Virus record (IMG/VR): IMGVR_UViG_3300017753_001625
Span: 1-25,494 of that record
Reading direction: 5' to 3' (one strand)
Origin: a virus
Taxonomy: Duplodnaviria > Caudoviricetes
DNA length: 25,494 bases
Below, in pieces: positions 16,937 to 24,909 of the stretch. Every line of letters starts with the position of its first letter. The stretch's first letter is position 1. The translations under genes were made by a program, and so were the position numbers. A model generated the notes under the pieces. That model had not been told where the DNA came from. It searched no databases and saw only the letters and a program-made list of their open reading frames with translations.

Positions 16937-18425
16937 AATAACAGTACTAGGTGGTGGAACAGCAGGTCTTGTATCTGCTCTTATTCTTAAAGCTAGATTT
17001 GATAAATTACAAATAGAAATTGTTAAATCTGATAACATAGGTATCATAGGCGTAGGGGAAGGTTCTACTGAACACTGGAAAGAGTTTATGGATTTTATAG
17101 GTGTTCCTTTAAAAGAACTTCTATTAGAAACAGACGCAACATTTAAATATGGTATTATGTTTGAAGATTGGACTAAAGAACCATACTTTCACAACATCAC
17201 AAACGAATTACACAAAGTTAGTTTAGGTCAATATTATGCTGGTTATGCTTATGCTACAATTAATAAACTTAAACCTGCTGAATATACTTCAGGTCATTGT
17301 TTTCACAACGAAGTATTACCTGATTACATGCCACATCAATTTCATTTTAACACAAACAAATTAAATACCTTTTTACTAAAAAAATGTAAAGACTATGGTA
17401 TTGAGGTACACACAGATGAGATTACAGATGTTGAAACAAACAATCATGGTATCAAAAGAATTAGAGGTGACAAAGGTTGGTACGAATCAGATTTTTATAT
17501 TGATTGTACAGGATTTAAAAGATATTTAATATCTAAATTAGGTGCAAAATGGAATTCATACAAAGACTATCTGCCTATGAACGAGGCAATAGCCTTTCCT
17601 ACTCCTGACACTAACGAGTATACGCCATACACACTTGCGAAGGCAATGTCTTCAGGTTGGATGTGGCGTATACCGACATATGGTCGTTGGGGTAATGGTT
17701 ATGTTTTTGATAACAGATATATAAATGCTGAACAAGCACAAAAGGAATGTGAAGATTATTTAGGATTTAAAGTTAATATTGCAAAAAATATTAAGTTTGA
17801 CGCAGGCACAGTAGATAGACCATGGATAAGTAATTGTGTTGCAATGGGTTTATGTGCTAGTTTTATAGAACCATTAGAGGCGTCATCAATAGGAACTTCT
17901 ATTCAACAATCTTTTTTATTAATGCACACTTTAATAAATTACAAACAAACAGATATAGATCAATACAATGAAAAAGTAAAACAAATTGTAGAAAATACTA
18001 GAGACTTTGTTTTATTACACTATCTTGTAAAAAGAAATGATACTAAATTCTGGAAAGAACTTAAACTAAACTTACCTGATTCATTGAAACATAATTTAGA
18101 AAAATGGTCAGATAGAATGCCTATAAGAGAAGATTTTAAAACAGACTATGTATTATTTGGTGCTCAAAACTTTGCAGTATTATTAAAAGAATTAGAATTA
18201 GCAAATATAGACTCACTTAAAAGAGAATATGATATGTTAGTTGATCACAACAAAAAGGTTATCAAAGAAGAGGTTGAACATCATATTAGAACATTTAAAA
18301 CTAATCCTGAAAGAAGAAAGGCCTATATTATGGGTCACAAACAATACCTCAGAGAAATAAGAAGTGGTAAAGAAACACTGAATCAAACAATAGAATATTT
18401 AAAAAATGAAAATAGCAATACTTAA
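16923..18425 (+). CDS. Flavin-dependent (tryptophan) halogenase-like protein 2
   Basis: GGGTAG, IGVGEGS, ATFKYGI, DFYIDCTGF, WMWRIP, FIEPLEASSI. ATG at 16923 preferred over 16872 because it places the Rossmann motif at the N-terminus. Confidence 0.92.
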   Translation: MSVNKITVLGGGTAGLVSALILKARFDKLQIEIVKSDNIGIIGVGEGSTEHWKEFMDFIGVPLKELLLETDATFKYGIMFEDWTKEPYFHNITNELHKVSLGQYYAGYAYATINKLKPAEYTSGHCFHNEVLPDYMPHQFHFNTNKLNTFLLKKCKDYGIEVHTDEITDVETNNHGIKRIRGDKGWYESDFYIDCTGFKRYLISKLGAKWNSYKDYLPMNEAIAFPTPDTNEYTPYTLAKAMSSGWMWRIPTYGRWGNGYVFDNRYINAEQAQKECEDYLGFKVNIAKNIKFDAGTVDRPWISNCVAMGLCASFIEPLEASSIGTSIQQSFLLMHTLINYKQTDIDQYNEKVKQIVENTRDFVLLHYLVKRNDTKFWKELKLNLPDSLKHNLEKWSDRMPIREDFKTDYVLFGAQNFAVLLKELELANIDSLKREYDMLVDHNKKVIKEEVEHHIRTFKTNPERRKAYIMGHKQYLREIRSGKETLNQTIEYLKNENSNT

Positions 18426-19467
18426 CGACACTCACTTTGGTGTAAGAAATGATAGTGAAGCTTTCAGAAACTATCAGGTTGACTTTTATAGAGATCAATT
18501 TTTTCCTTACTTAAAAGAACACAATATAAAAACACTAATACATTTAGGTGATGTAGTTGATAGAAGAAAGTTTATCAATCATCAAACAGCTTCAATTTTT
18601 AGAAAAGAGTTTTTTGATGTATTATGGAAAGAAAAAATAGATACTCACATTATCATAGGTAACCATGACACATACTATAAAAATACAAATGAGGTAAATG
18701 CAGTAGAAAACTTATATACAAGTTTTGACGGCATAAATGAACCATACATTTACACTAGACCTAAAGTTGTAGAGTTTGATGGTATACCTATTTTATTTTT
18801 ACCTTGGATATGTGATGACAATAAAGAAGAGTCTTATGATATGATAAGAACAGCAAAAACAGATTTAGTGTTTGGGCATTTAGAAGTAAAAGGTATTGAA
18901 ATGCAAAACGGAGTTATTAATCAATACGGCCATGAAAAATCAGAGTTTAAAAGATTTGAAAAAGTTGTATCAGGCCATTTTCATAAACATACAGATGATG
19001 GTCACATTTACTATTGTGGTGCTCAATACGAACAAACCTGGTCAGACTATAAAGACCCAAAAGGTTTTCATATTTTTGATACAGAAACAAGAGAGTTAGA
19101 AAGAATAATTAATCCTAGAACAATACACAAAAAGATAATTTATGATGATTCTAAAAAAGATTATAATACATTAGATATTACAGAATATAATAAACACTTC
19201 ATAAAATTAGTTGTATTAAATAAGACAAATGAAGAGATGTTTGACAATTTTGTAGAAAAGTTGTATAATGATATAACGGTTTATGATTTAAATATTATAG
19301 AAGATTACTCTGATATTAAGGCGTCCGTAAAAGATGATGTAATAGAAATGGGTGAAGATACACTTACATTCCTACATAACTATGTGGATCAATTAGAGAC
19401 AGATGTAAGTAAACAAAAATTAAAAGAATATTTAAAATCTATATATGTCGAAGCAAGTGAGGTATAA
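18406..19467 (+). CDS. gp47: Recombination endonuclease subunit (T4 gp47 / Mre11-SbcD-like)
   Basis: Metallophosphoesterase motifs DTHFG, HLGD..DRR, GNHD, GHLE, SGHFH. Confidence 0.96.
   Translation: MKIAILNDTHFGVRNDSEAFRNYQVDFYRDQFFPYLKEHNIKTLIHLGDVVDRRKFINHQTASIFRKEFFDVLWKEKIDTHIIIGNHDTYYKNTNEVNAVENLYTSFDGINEPYIYTRPKVVEFDGIPILFLPWICDDNKEESYDMIRTAKTDLVFGHLEVKGIEMQNGVINQYGHEKSEFKRFEKVVSGHFHKHTDDGHIYYCGAQYEQTWSDYKDPKGFHIFDTETRELERIINPRTIHKKIIYDDSKKDYNTLDITEYNKHFIKLVVLNKTNEEMFDNFVEKLYNDITVYDLNIIEDYSDIKASVKDDVIEMGEDTLTFLHNYVDQLETDVSKQKLKEYLKSIYVEASEV
19241..19269 (+). promoter_or_regulatory. Perfect-consensus sigma70 promoter internal to gp47
   Basis: TTGACA (19241-19246), 17 nt, TATAAT (19264-19269). 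About 200 nt upstream of groES. Confidence 0.65.
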
Positions 19468-19470
19468 AAT

Positions 19471-19761
19471 ATGACAATAAAATTTCAACCATTAAATAAT
19501 TTAGTATTGATTGATGTTGAACAAAAAACTGAAGATAAAACAAAAGGCGGTATAATTATGACTAACGTAGCAAAACCTGATGAAGGTATTGCTGTTGCAG
19601 TTGGTCTAGGCCTAAAAACAAGAACAGGTACACGAATACCTATGACGGTTAAAAAAGGTGACAAAGTTAAGTTTACTTATCTTCACGTTAGAGAAATTAA
19701 AGTTGATAATAAAACTTATTACTTAACACCTGAAACAGAAATACAAGGTATAATAGAGTAA
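19471..19761 (+). CDS. groES: Co-chaperonin GroES (Cpn10)
   Basis: FQPL...VLI, KTKGGII mobile loop, G.AVAVG.G, P.TVK.GDKV.F, E.EI.GII. GAGG SD. Confidence 0.92.
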   Translation: MTIKFQPLNNLVLIDVEQKTEDKTKGGIIMTNVAKPDEGIAVAVGLGLKTRTGTRIPMTVKKGDKVKFTYLHVREIKVDNKTYYLTPETEIQGIIE

Positions 19762-20441
19762 TGCTTCCATCAAACAAATATGATATTCATCCTTTTGGTC
19801 CTTTACTAGTAGAATTTGATATGCCAGAATCATTAACTGATTGGTTGTTAGAAGAGGCAAATAAAGTACGAGGTAAAGAAGAGTTGTCTGCTAATAAAGA
19901 TTTAGCAGGTCAACTAAAAGGACAATATTATTTTAGTGACGAGGTAAGAGAAGAGTTTTTTAGAAAAGTTAATCCTGTATTCTCACAATATAGAAATATA
20001 CATTGTGATTTTCATAAACTACCACAAAAAAAATTAGAGTGGTCAGCAAGAGTATTATGGGTAAATTTTATGAAACAACATGAAGCAAATCCTATGCACA
20101 ATCATGGTGATGATTATTCTTTTGTTTATTTTTTAAATGATGTAGATTTAAGCGAAGAATATAAAAATCACGTAGCAAGATCAAATCTACCAGGCAACGT
20201 AGGGTTCTTTTTTGGTGAACCATCAGCGCCTGATAAAAAATGGACAACTCAACAAAGATGGTTTCAACCTAAAAAGAATCTACTTATTATGTTTCCTGCT
20301 CTACTTCAACATTATGTAATACCATATCATACAGACGTTGAAAGAATAAGTGTATCAGGCAATATAAAAATTTTAAACAAAGAAAAATTACAATCTAAAG
20401 AAGGGGATGCTAAAGACAGACAGCATGAATTTTATTTTTAA
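19761..20441 (+). CDS. Putative 2OG-Fe(II) oxygenase (HxH type, TIGR02466-like)
   Basis: WVNF....E.NPMHNH, SFVYFL, MFPA.L.H.V.P, ERISVSGN. TAATG coupling. Confidence 0.82.
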   Translation: MLPSNKYDIHPFGPLLVEFDMPESLTDWLLEEANKVRGKEELSANKDLAGQLKGQYYFSDEVREEFFRKVNPVFSQYRNIHCDFHKLPQKKLEWSARVLWVNFMKQHEANPMHNHGDDYSFVYFLNDVDLSEEYKNHVARSNLPGNVGFFFGEPSAPDKKWTTQQRWFQPKKNLLIMFPALLQHYVIPYHTDVERISVSGNIKILNKEKLQSKEGDAKDRQHEFYF

Positions 20442-21034
20442 TGCACAGAAAAATTGAAAAGAACTTCTGGTGGACTACACCTTTATGGCATGTAGTATTA
20501 AAAGAATTTAAGACACACCCAACGAGAGTAAACTATAATGATGATTTATTTTCTTATGGGTTAGGGTTAAAAGAAAAAGATAAAGGTGTCAGAAAATCAA
20601 ATGTTGGTGGTTGGCAAAGTGATTTACTAAATCCTAACGAAGAAATTAAACCTCTATGTGATGAAATATTTGATGTTTTAAAGACAATGGATTTAGGTAT
20701 TAAAAAGATTGAGATACCTCAGATATGGATGAATATAAATCAAAGAGGTGATTGGAATATAATACACCAACATGGGCATTTTCACTTTTCAGGAATATAC
20801 TATATAAAATATCCTAAAGATTCAGGTAGAATAGGATTTAAAGACCCTCGACCTGCAGCCATGAGTAATGCTTTTTTTAATGAAAGATTTGATGGTAGTG
20901 AACTTAAAACAGTAGATACAATACAAGATGGCTCATTATTATTATGGCCTTCTTTCCTTGAACACTTTGTAGAACCTAGTAGAACAGATGAAGAAAGAAT
21001 GTCTATTAGTTTTGATATAATAGTTAAAGAATGA
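20441..21034 (+). CDS. Putative 2OG-Fe(II) oxygenase (TIGR02466-like)
   Basis: SN.GGWQS, W.NIN..GD.N..HQH, SGIYY, F.DPRP, LWPS.L.H.V.P, R.SISF. TAATG coupling. Confidence 0.87.
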   Translation: MHRKIEKNFWWTTPLWHVVLKEFKTHPTRVNYNDDLFSYGLGLKEKDKGVRKSNVGGWQSDLLNPNEEIKPLCDEIFDVLKTMDLGIKKIEIPQIWMNINQRGDWNIIHQHGHFHFSGIYYIKYPKDSGRIGFKDPRPAAMSNAFFNERFDGSELKTVDTIQDGSLLLWPSFLEHFVEPSRTDEERMSISFDIIVKE

Positions 21035-22740
21035 TATATTTTAAAAAGATTAGATGGAAGAACTTTCTTTCAACAGGTAATCAATTTATTGAAGTAGATT
21101 TGCAAAAGGCACCATCTACACTGATTGTTGGTGCAAACGGTTCAGGTAAATCAACATTACTAGACGCATTATGTTTTGGTTTATTTAATAGACCTTTTAG
21201 AGATATTAAAAAAGAACAACTTGTAAATACAATAAATCAAAATGATTGTGAAATACAAATAGAACTTAAAATAGGCAATAATGAATACAAAATTATAAGA
21301 GGCATTAAACCAAATGTATTTCAAATCTATAACAACAATGTTTTAATAAACCAAGACGCCTCTGCTGTAGATTATCAAAACACATTAGAGAACAATATTT
21401 TAAAATGTAATTATCGTGCCTTTTGTCAAGTAGTAATTTTAGGTTCTTCTTCATACGAACCTTTTATGCACCTAAGAGCAAGATATAGAAGAGAAGTTGT
21501 AGAAGAAATATTAGACATAAGAGTTTTTACTTATATGGACTTATTGTTAAGAGCAAAACAAGGTGAGTTATCAAAATCAGTGCAAGATGTAAAAGTTAAA
21601 TATAACTTAATGACTGAAAAATATGATATGCAAAAGAAACACTTTGAACAAGTGCTTGATAGAGACAATACTGATTTAGAAGATAAAAGAAAACTAATTG
21701 CTGATAACCATAAAGACAATCTAGTTTACAAAGATAAACTAGAAAAAATAAACGAAGAGATTATTAGCAAGAAACAAAAACTATGGCATAAAGATGAACA
21801 TGATAAAAAGGCAACTCAATTTGCAAAACTAGAAGCAAAGATAGAAACAAATATTTCAAATCACAAAAAGACGCTAGAATTTTTTGAAAAAAATAATACT
21901 TGTCCTACTTGTACACAACAAATAGAAGAAGGCTTTAAAGCACAAAAATGTGAACACGAAAAAACAAAGATAGACAAACTAGAGTCTGGTTTAAAAGATT
22001 TACTAGGTGAAGTATCTAAAAACGAAACAAAAGTAAACGAACTAAATAAATTATCTGAAAAGTTAAGTGATTTAAATGTAGAGGTTGCGAAAATTAATAC
22101 TTCTATTGACGCTATTAATAGACAATCAAATAGATTAAATGATGAGATTGCAAAACTAGAAGTAGAGAAAAAGAACTCTGATAAGGTTGCTTTTGAATTA
22201 GAAGATATTAAGAACGAATTAAAAGACATAGATGTACAAAAACAAAAGGTAGTAGAAGATAAAAAATATATTGATATTGCTAGAGAGATATTAAATGACA
22301 CAGGTGTTAAAGCAAAAATTATTAAGAAGTATCTGCCTATAATGAATCAACTAATTAATAAATATTTACAATCTATGGATTTCTTTGTTAACTTTCATTT
22401 AGATGAAGAGTTTAACGAAACAATTAAGAGTAGATTTAGAGATACTTTTAATTATAATAGTTTTAGTGAAGGTGAAAAATTAAGAATAGACCTTGCATTA
22501 TTATTTACATGGCGAACTATTGCAAAGATGAAAAATAGTACCAATACCAACTTACTAATTTTAGATGAGGTCTTTGACTCATCCTTGGATACAACAGGAA
22601 CAGATGACTTCTTTAAAATACTAAAACAACTTACAACAGAAAATACATTTATCATATCTCACAAAGGAGATATTATGTTTGATAAGTTTACTAATATAAT
22701 AAAATTTGAGAAATATAAAAACTTTACAAGGCTACTATGA
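21031..22740 (+). CDS. gp46: Recombination endonuclease ATPase subunit (T4 gp46 / Rad50-SbcC-like)
   Basis: KNFLSTGN, Walker A GANGSGKST, zinc hook CPTC, signature FSEGEK.RIDL, Walker B LILDEVFD, IISH. Confidence 0.97.
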   Translation: MIYFKKIRWKNFLSTGNQFIEVDLQKAPSTLIVGANGSGKSTLLDALCFGLFNRPFRDIKKEQLVNTINQNDCEIQIELKIGNNEYKIIRGIKPNVFQIYNNNVLINQDASAVDYQNTLENNILKCNYRAFCQVVILGSSSYEPFMHLRARYRREVVEEILDIRVFTYMDLLLRAKQGELSKSVQDVKVKYNLMTEKYDMQKKHFEQVLDRDNTDLEDKRKLIADNHKDNLVYKDKLEKINEEIISKKQKLWHKDEHDKKATQFAKLEAKIETNISNHKKTLEFFEKNNTCPTCTQQIEEGFKAQKCEHEKTKIDKLESGLKDLLGEVSKNETKVNELNKLSEKLSDLNVEVAKINTSIDAINRQSNRLNDEIAKLEVEKKNSDKVAFELEDIKNELKDIDVQKQKVVEDKKYIDIAREILNDTGVKAKIIKKYLPIMNQLINKYLQSMDFFVNFHLDEEFNETIKSRFRDTFNYNSFSEGEKLRIDLALLFTWRTIAKMKNSTNTNLLILDEVFDSSLDTTGTDDFFKILKQLTTENTFIISHKGDIMFDKFTNIIKFEKYKNFTRLL

Positions 22741-23294
22741 CATACGATTTAATACCACCTACTGATCCAAGAGTGTTATCATCTATTGCACCATTTGATG
22801 AAAAAATCTTTAAAGAGCAAGAGAAGATCACAACTAAAGAATTTGCAGACAATATGTTTGAGACTATGAAAAAATATGGTGGTATAGGACTATCAGCAAA
22901 TCAGTGTGGTAAACCATATAGAATGTTTGTAATGGGCGATCACCCTAATATAAAAGAGGGTAAAAAATGGGTTTGTTATAATCCAGAAATAAAAGGTTTC
23001 AGTAAAGAAACAATAAGATTTAAAGAAGGTTGTTTAACTTTTCCTTATTTGTTTTTAGATGTAGAAAGACCTAGAGCAGTATCAGTAGTTTACTATGATG
23101 AAAACATGAAAAAGGTTGAAGAGAATTTGACAGGTATGTCTGCTCGAATATACCAACATGAATTTGATCATATGCAAGGTATAGTTTTTACAGAAAAGAC
23201 AAGTAAATTTAAATTACAATTTGCAATGAAAAAAAGAGACAACGTAGTTAAGAAAGTAAGAAGACAATGGCAACAGATAGCAAATCAAAAGTAA
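22737..23294 (+). CDS. def: Peptide deformylase
   Basis: Three PDF motifs: GIGLSANQCG, EGCLT, QHEFDH. Confidence 0.95.
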   Translation: MTYDLIPPTDPRVLSSIAPFDEKIFKEQEKITTKEFADNMFETMKKYGGIGLSANQCGKPYRMFVMGDHPNIKEGKKWVCYNPEIKGFSKETIRFKEGCLTFPYLFLDVERPRAVSVVYYDENMKKVEENLTGMSARIYQHEFDHMQGIVFTEKTSKFKLQFAMKKRDNVVKKVRRQWQQIANQK

Positions 23295-23890
23295 AAACAA
23301 AATCTATATTTGCAACAGCAGCTAGATTTAATGAAAACAAAGATTTGGCAACTAGACTTCTTAATCCTAGTAAAGAACTATTAAGTAAATGTAAAGATCA
23401 TAATAGTTATCCTTGTGGCAAAACAAGTTTCTTTGAAGAAGATAAAAATTTATTCTTAATAGAAGAAGAACCTTGGAAAGAATTTAGAAATTTTGTAGGT
23501 AACGAGTGTGTATCCTACTTAAATGAATGTGGCATAGATACAAAACAAGTTAAAATTATCGCTACAAATGCTTGGGTATCTGAAATGTATGAAGGTGGAT
23601 CACACCATCATCATGTACATCACCCTTATTGTCAAGTAAGTGGTAATTTTTATGTATATGCTGACGAAGGCTCTAGCCCTTTAACTTTTTATAAACCTGA
23701 AGTATGGGGAGACATATGGCAAAGTATGCCAATAAAACAAAAGAATATATTAAATATAGATAAGGTAGAGTGTCCTGCAAGAACTGGTCTAAATGCAATG
23801 TGGCGATCAGATGTAGTGCATAGTGTATTTCATAATAAAACTAAAAGCAGAATTGCAATTAGTTATAACTTGGTGGTAACAAATGTTTAA
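23267..23890 (+). CDS. Putative 2OG-Fe(II) oxygenase (TIGR02466-like)
   Basis: AW......G..H..HVH, VSGNFY, L.FY.P, W.S...HSV..N....RIAISYN. Confidence 0.8.
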   Translation: MATDSKSKVKTKSIFATAARFNENKDLATRLLNPSKELLSKCKDHNSYPCGKTSFFEEDKNLFLIEEEPWKEFRNFVGNECVSYLNECGIDTKQVKIIATNAWVSEMYEGGSHHHHVHHPYCQVSGNFYVYADEGSSPLTFYKPEVWGDIWQSMPIKQKNILNIDKVECPARTGLNAMWRSDVVHSVFHNKTKSRIAISYNLVVTNV

Positions 23891-24497
23891 TAAAGAATTA
23901 ACCGTAAAACAATTAGACTTACCTGAATATAAACAGGAACTTGATTCAGCAGTAAATTATTTAAATAGTTTAAGTAAATACTCTGCTGTAAAAACAAAAT
24001 TCAACAAGAAAGAACAATGGCAAGCAATATCTATTAGAGGATATAGTGACGAGGTAGAAGATATTTTAAAACCAGGTGTTCTAAAAACTGAAGGCACAGA
24101 CAAAGGTTTAAGGTGGACTCACTTATATGAGCAAAGTGAATTACTACCTATCAAAGAAATATTATGTCATATACCTGCTGAGTTTGAAAGAGTAAGAGTA
24201 ATGAGATTAAAATCAGGAACTAAAATATCTAAACATACAGATAAGATAGACAAATCAATTAAAGAAGGCAAATTAGTAAGACTTCATGTTCCTTTAAAAA
24301 CAGGACCAAAAGTAAATATGACATTGTGGAAAGGTAAAACACCACATAGTTATAATTTAGAAAAAGGTAAATATTACTATGTTGATGTATCTAAACCTCA
24401 TGCTGTTGACAATTCTGAGGATTATGATAGACTACATTTAGTTATAGATTGTTATATGAATCCAAGGTTAGAAAATGTTATTAGCGCAAAAGTCTGA
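23883..24497 (+). CDS. Aspartyl/asparaginyl beta-hydroxylase-family 2OG-Fe(II) oxygenase
   Basis: RVR.MRL..G..I..HTD, RLHVPL.T, G..YYVD...PHAV.N.....RLHLVID. Confidence 0.85.
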   Translation: MFNKELTVKQLDLPEYKQELDSAVNYLNSLSKYSAVKTKFNKKEQWQAISIRGYSDEVEDILKPGVLKTEGTDKGLRWTHLYEQSELLPIKEILCHIPAEFERVRVMRLKSGTKISKHTDKIDKSIKEGKLVRLHVPLKTGPKVNMTLWKGKTPHSYNLEKGKYYYVDVSKPHAVDNSEDYDRLHLVIDCYMNPRLENVISAKV

Positions 24498-24909
24498 TTT
24501 TCAAAAAATAAAAGAAATTTTCTATAAACATAAGAAATGGTTTCCTCATGTAAGAACAGATTACATGAAAAGAATGATTGATAAACAACAAATCATTTAT
24601 GAGGATTGCGTAATTATAACTTTTCATCATTGTAAAAGACAACAGAAAATAGGTGATGTTAATTTAAGAAAAGGTGACACCGTATTACATCAAATAGCAA
24701 GTGAGTATCCAGGTGATGGTAATGCTCGATCTATAATGAGAGCTTTCTTCGAATGGTGTCCTAGAGATGTTTATTTATCAGTAAGATCAGACAACTTGAC
24801 AGCGTGTGGATTTTATGATAGCATAGGAATGAAGAAAGTGGGGAAAACAAGTTGGGCAAAAGGCACACTCCCTGGTTTAGTTTATGTCAAACGCAAAAAC
24901 AGTAGTTAG
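24475..24909 (+). CDS. GNAT-family acetyltransferase-like protein
   Basis: LHQIA....G.G (degenerate motif A) and L.VR.DN..A..FY...GM (motif B). Confidence 0.78.
   Translation: MLLAQKSDFQKIKEIFYKHKKWFPHVRTDYMKRMIDKQQIIYEDCVIITFHHCKRQQKIGDVNLRKGDTVLHQIASEYPGDGNARSIMRAFFEWCPRDVYLSVRSDNLTACGFYDSIGMKKVGKTSWAKGTLPGLVYVKRKNSS
24796..24824 (+). promoter_or_regulatory. Possible sigma70 promoter for the methyltransferase, inside the GNAT gene
   Basis: TTGACA (24796-24801), 17 nt, TGa-TAGCAT (24819-24824). The -10 is 4/6 consensus with an extended TG. Confidence 0.45.

Noticed and set aside
10128-22363. Intragenic NATAAATA matches (e.g. 10128, 13301, about 22357) as late promoters
   Set aside because: Expected by chance in AT-rich coding DNA and not positioned at gene starts.
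3106-22655. Other short minus-strand and alternate-frame ORFs in the track (e.g. 3106, 3748, 4434, 5058, 7105, 7826, 9695, 12203, 13225, 18896, 21861, 22452)
   Set aside because: They overlap well-supported + strand genes largely or entirely, have S/F/L-rich antisense composition and show no recognisable motifs.
10295-24497. Calling any oxygenase a TET/JBP or AlkB DNA-base oxidase
   Set aside because: Visible motifs match P4H-like, TIGR02466-like and Asp/Asn-hydroxylase-like families. DNA activity cannot be supported from sequence alone.
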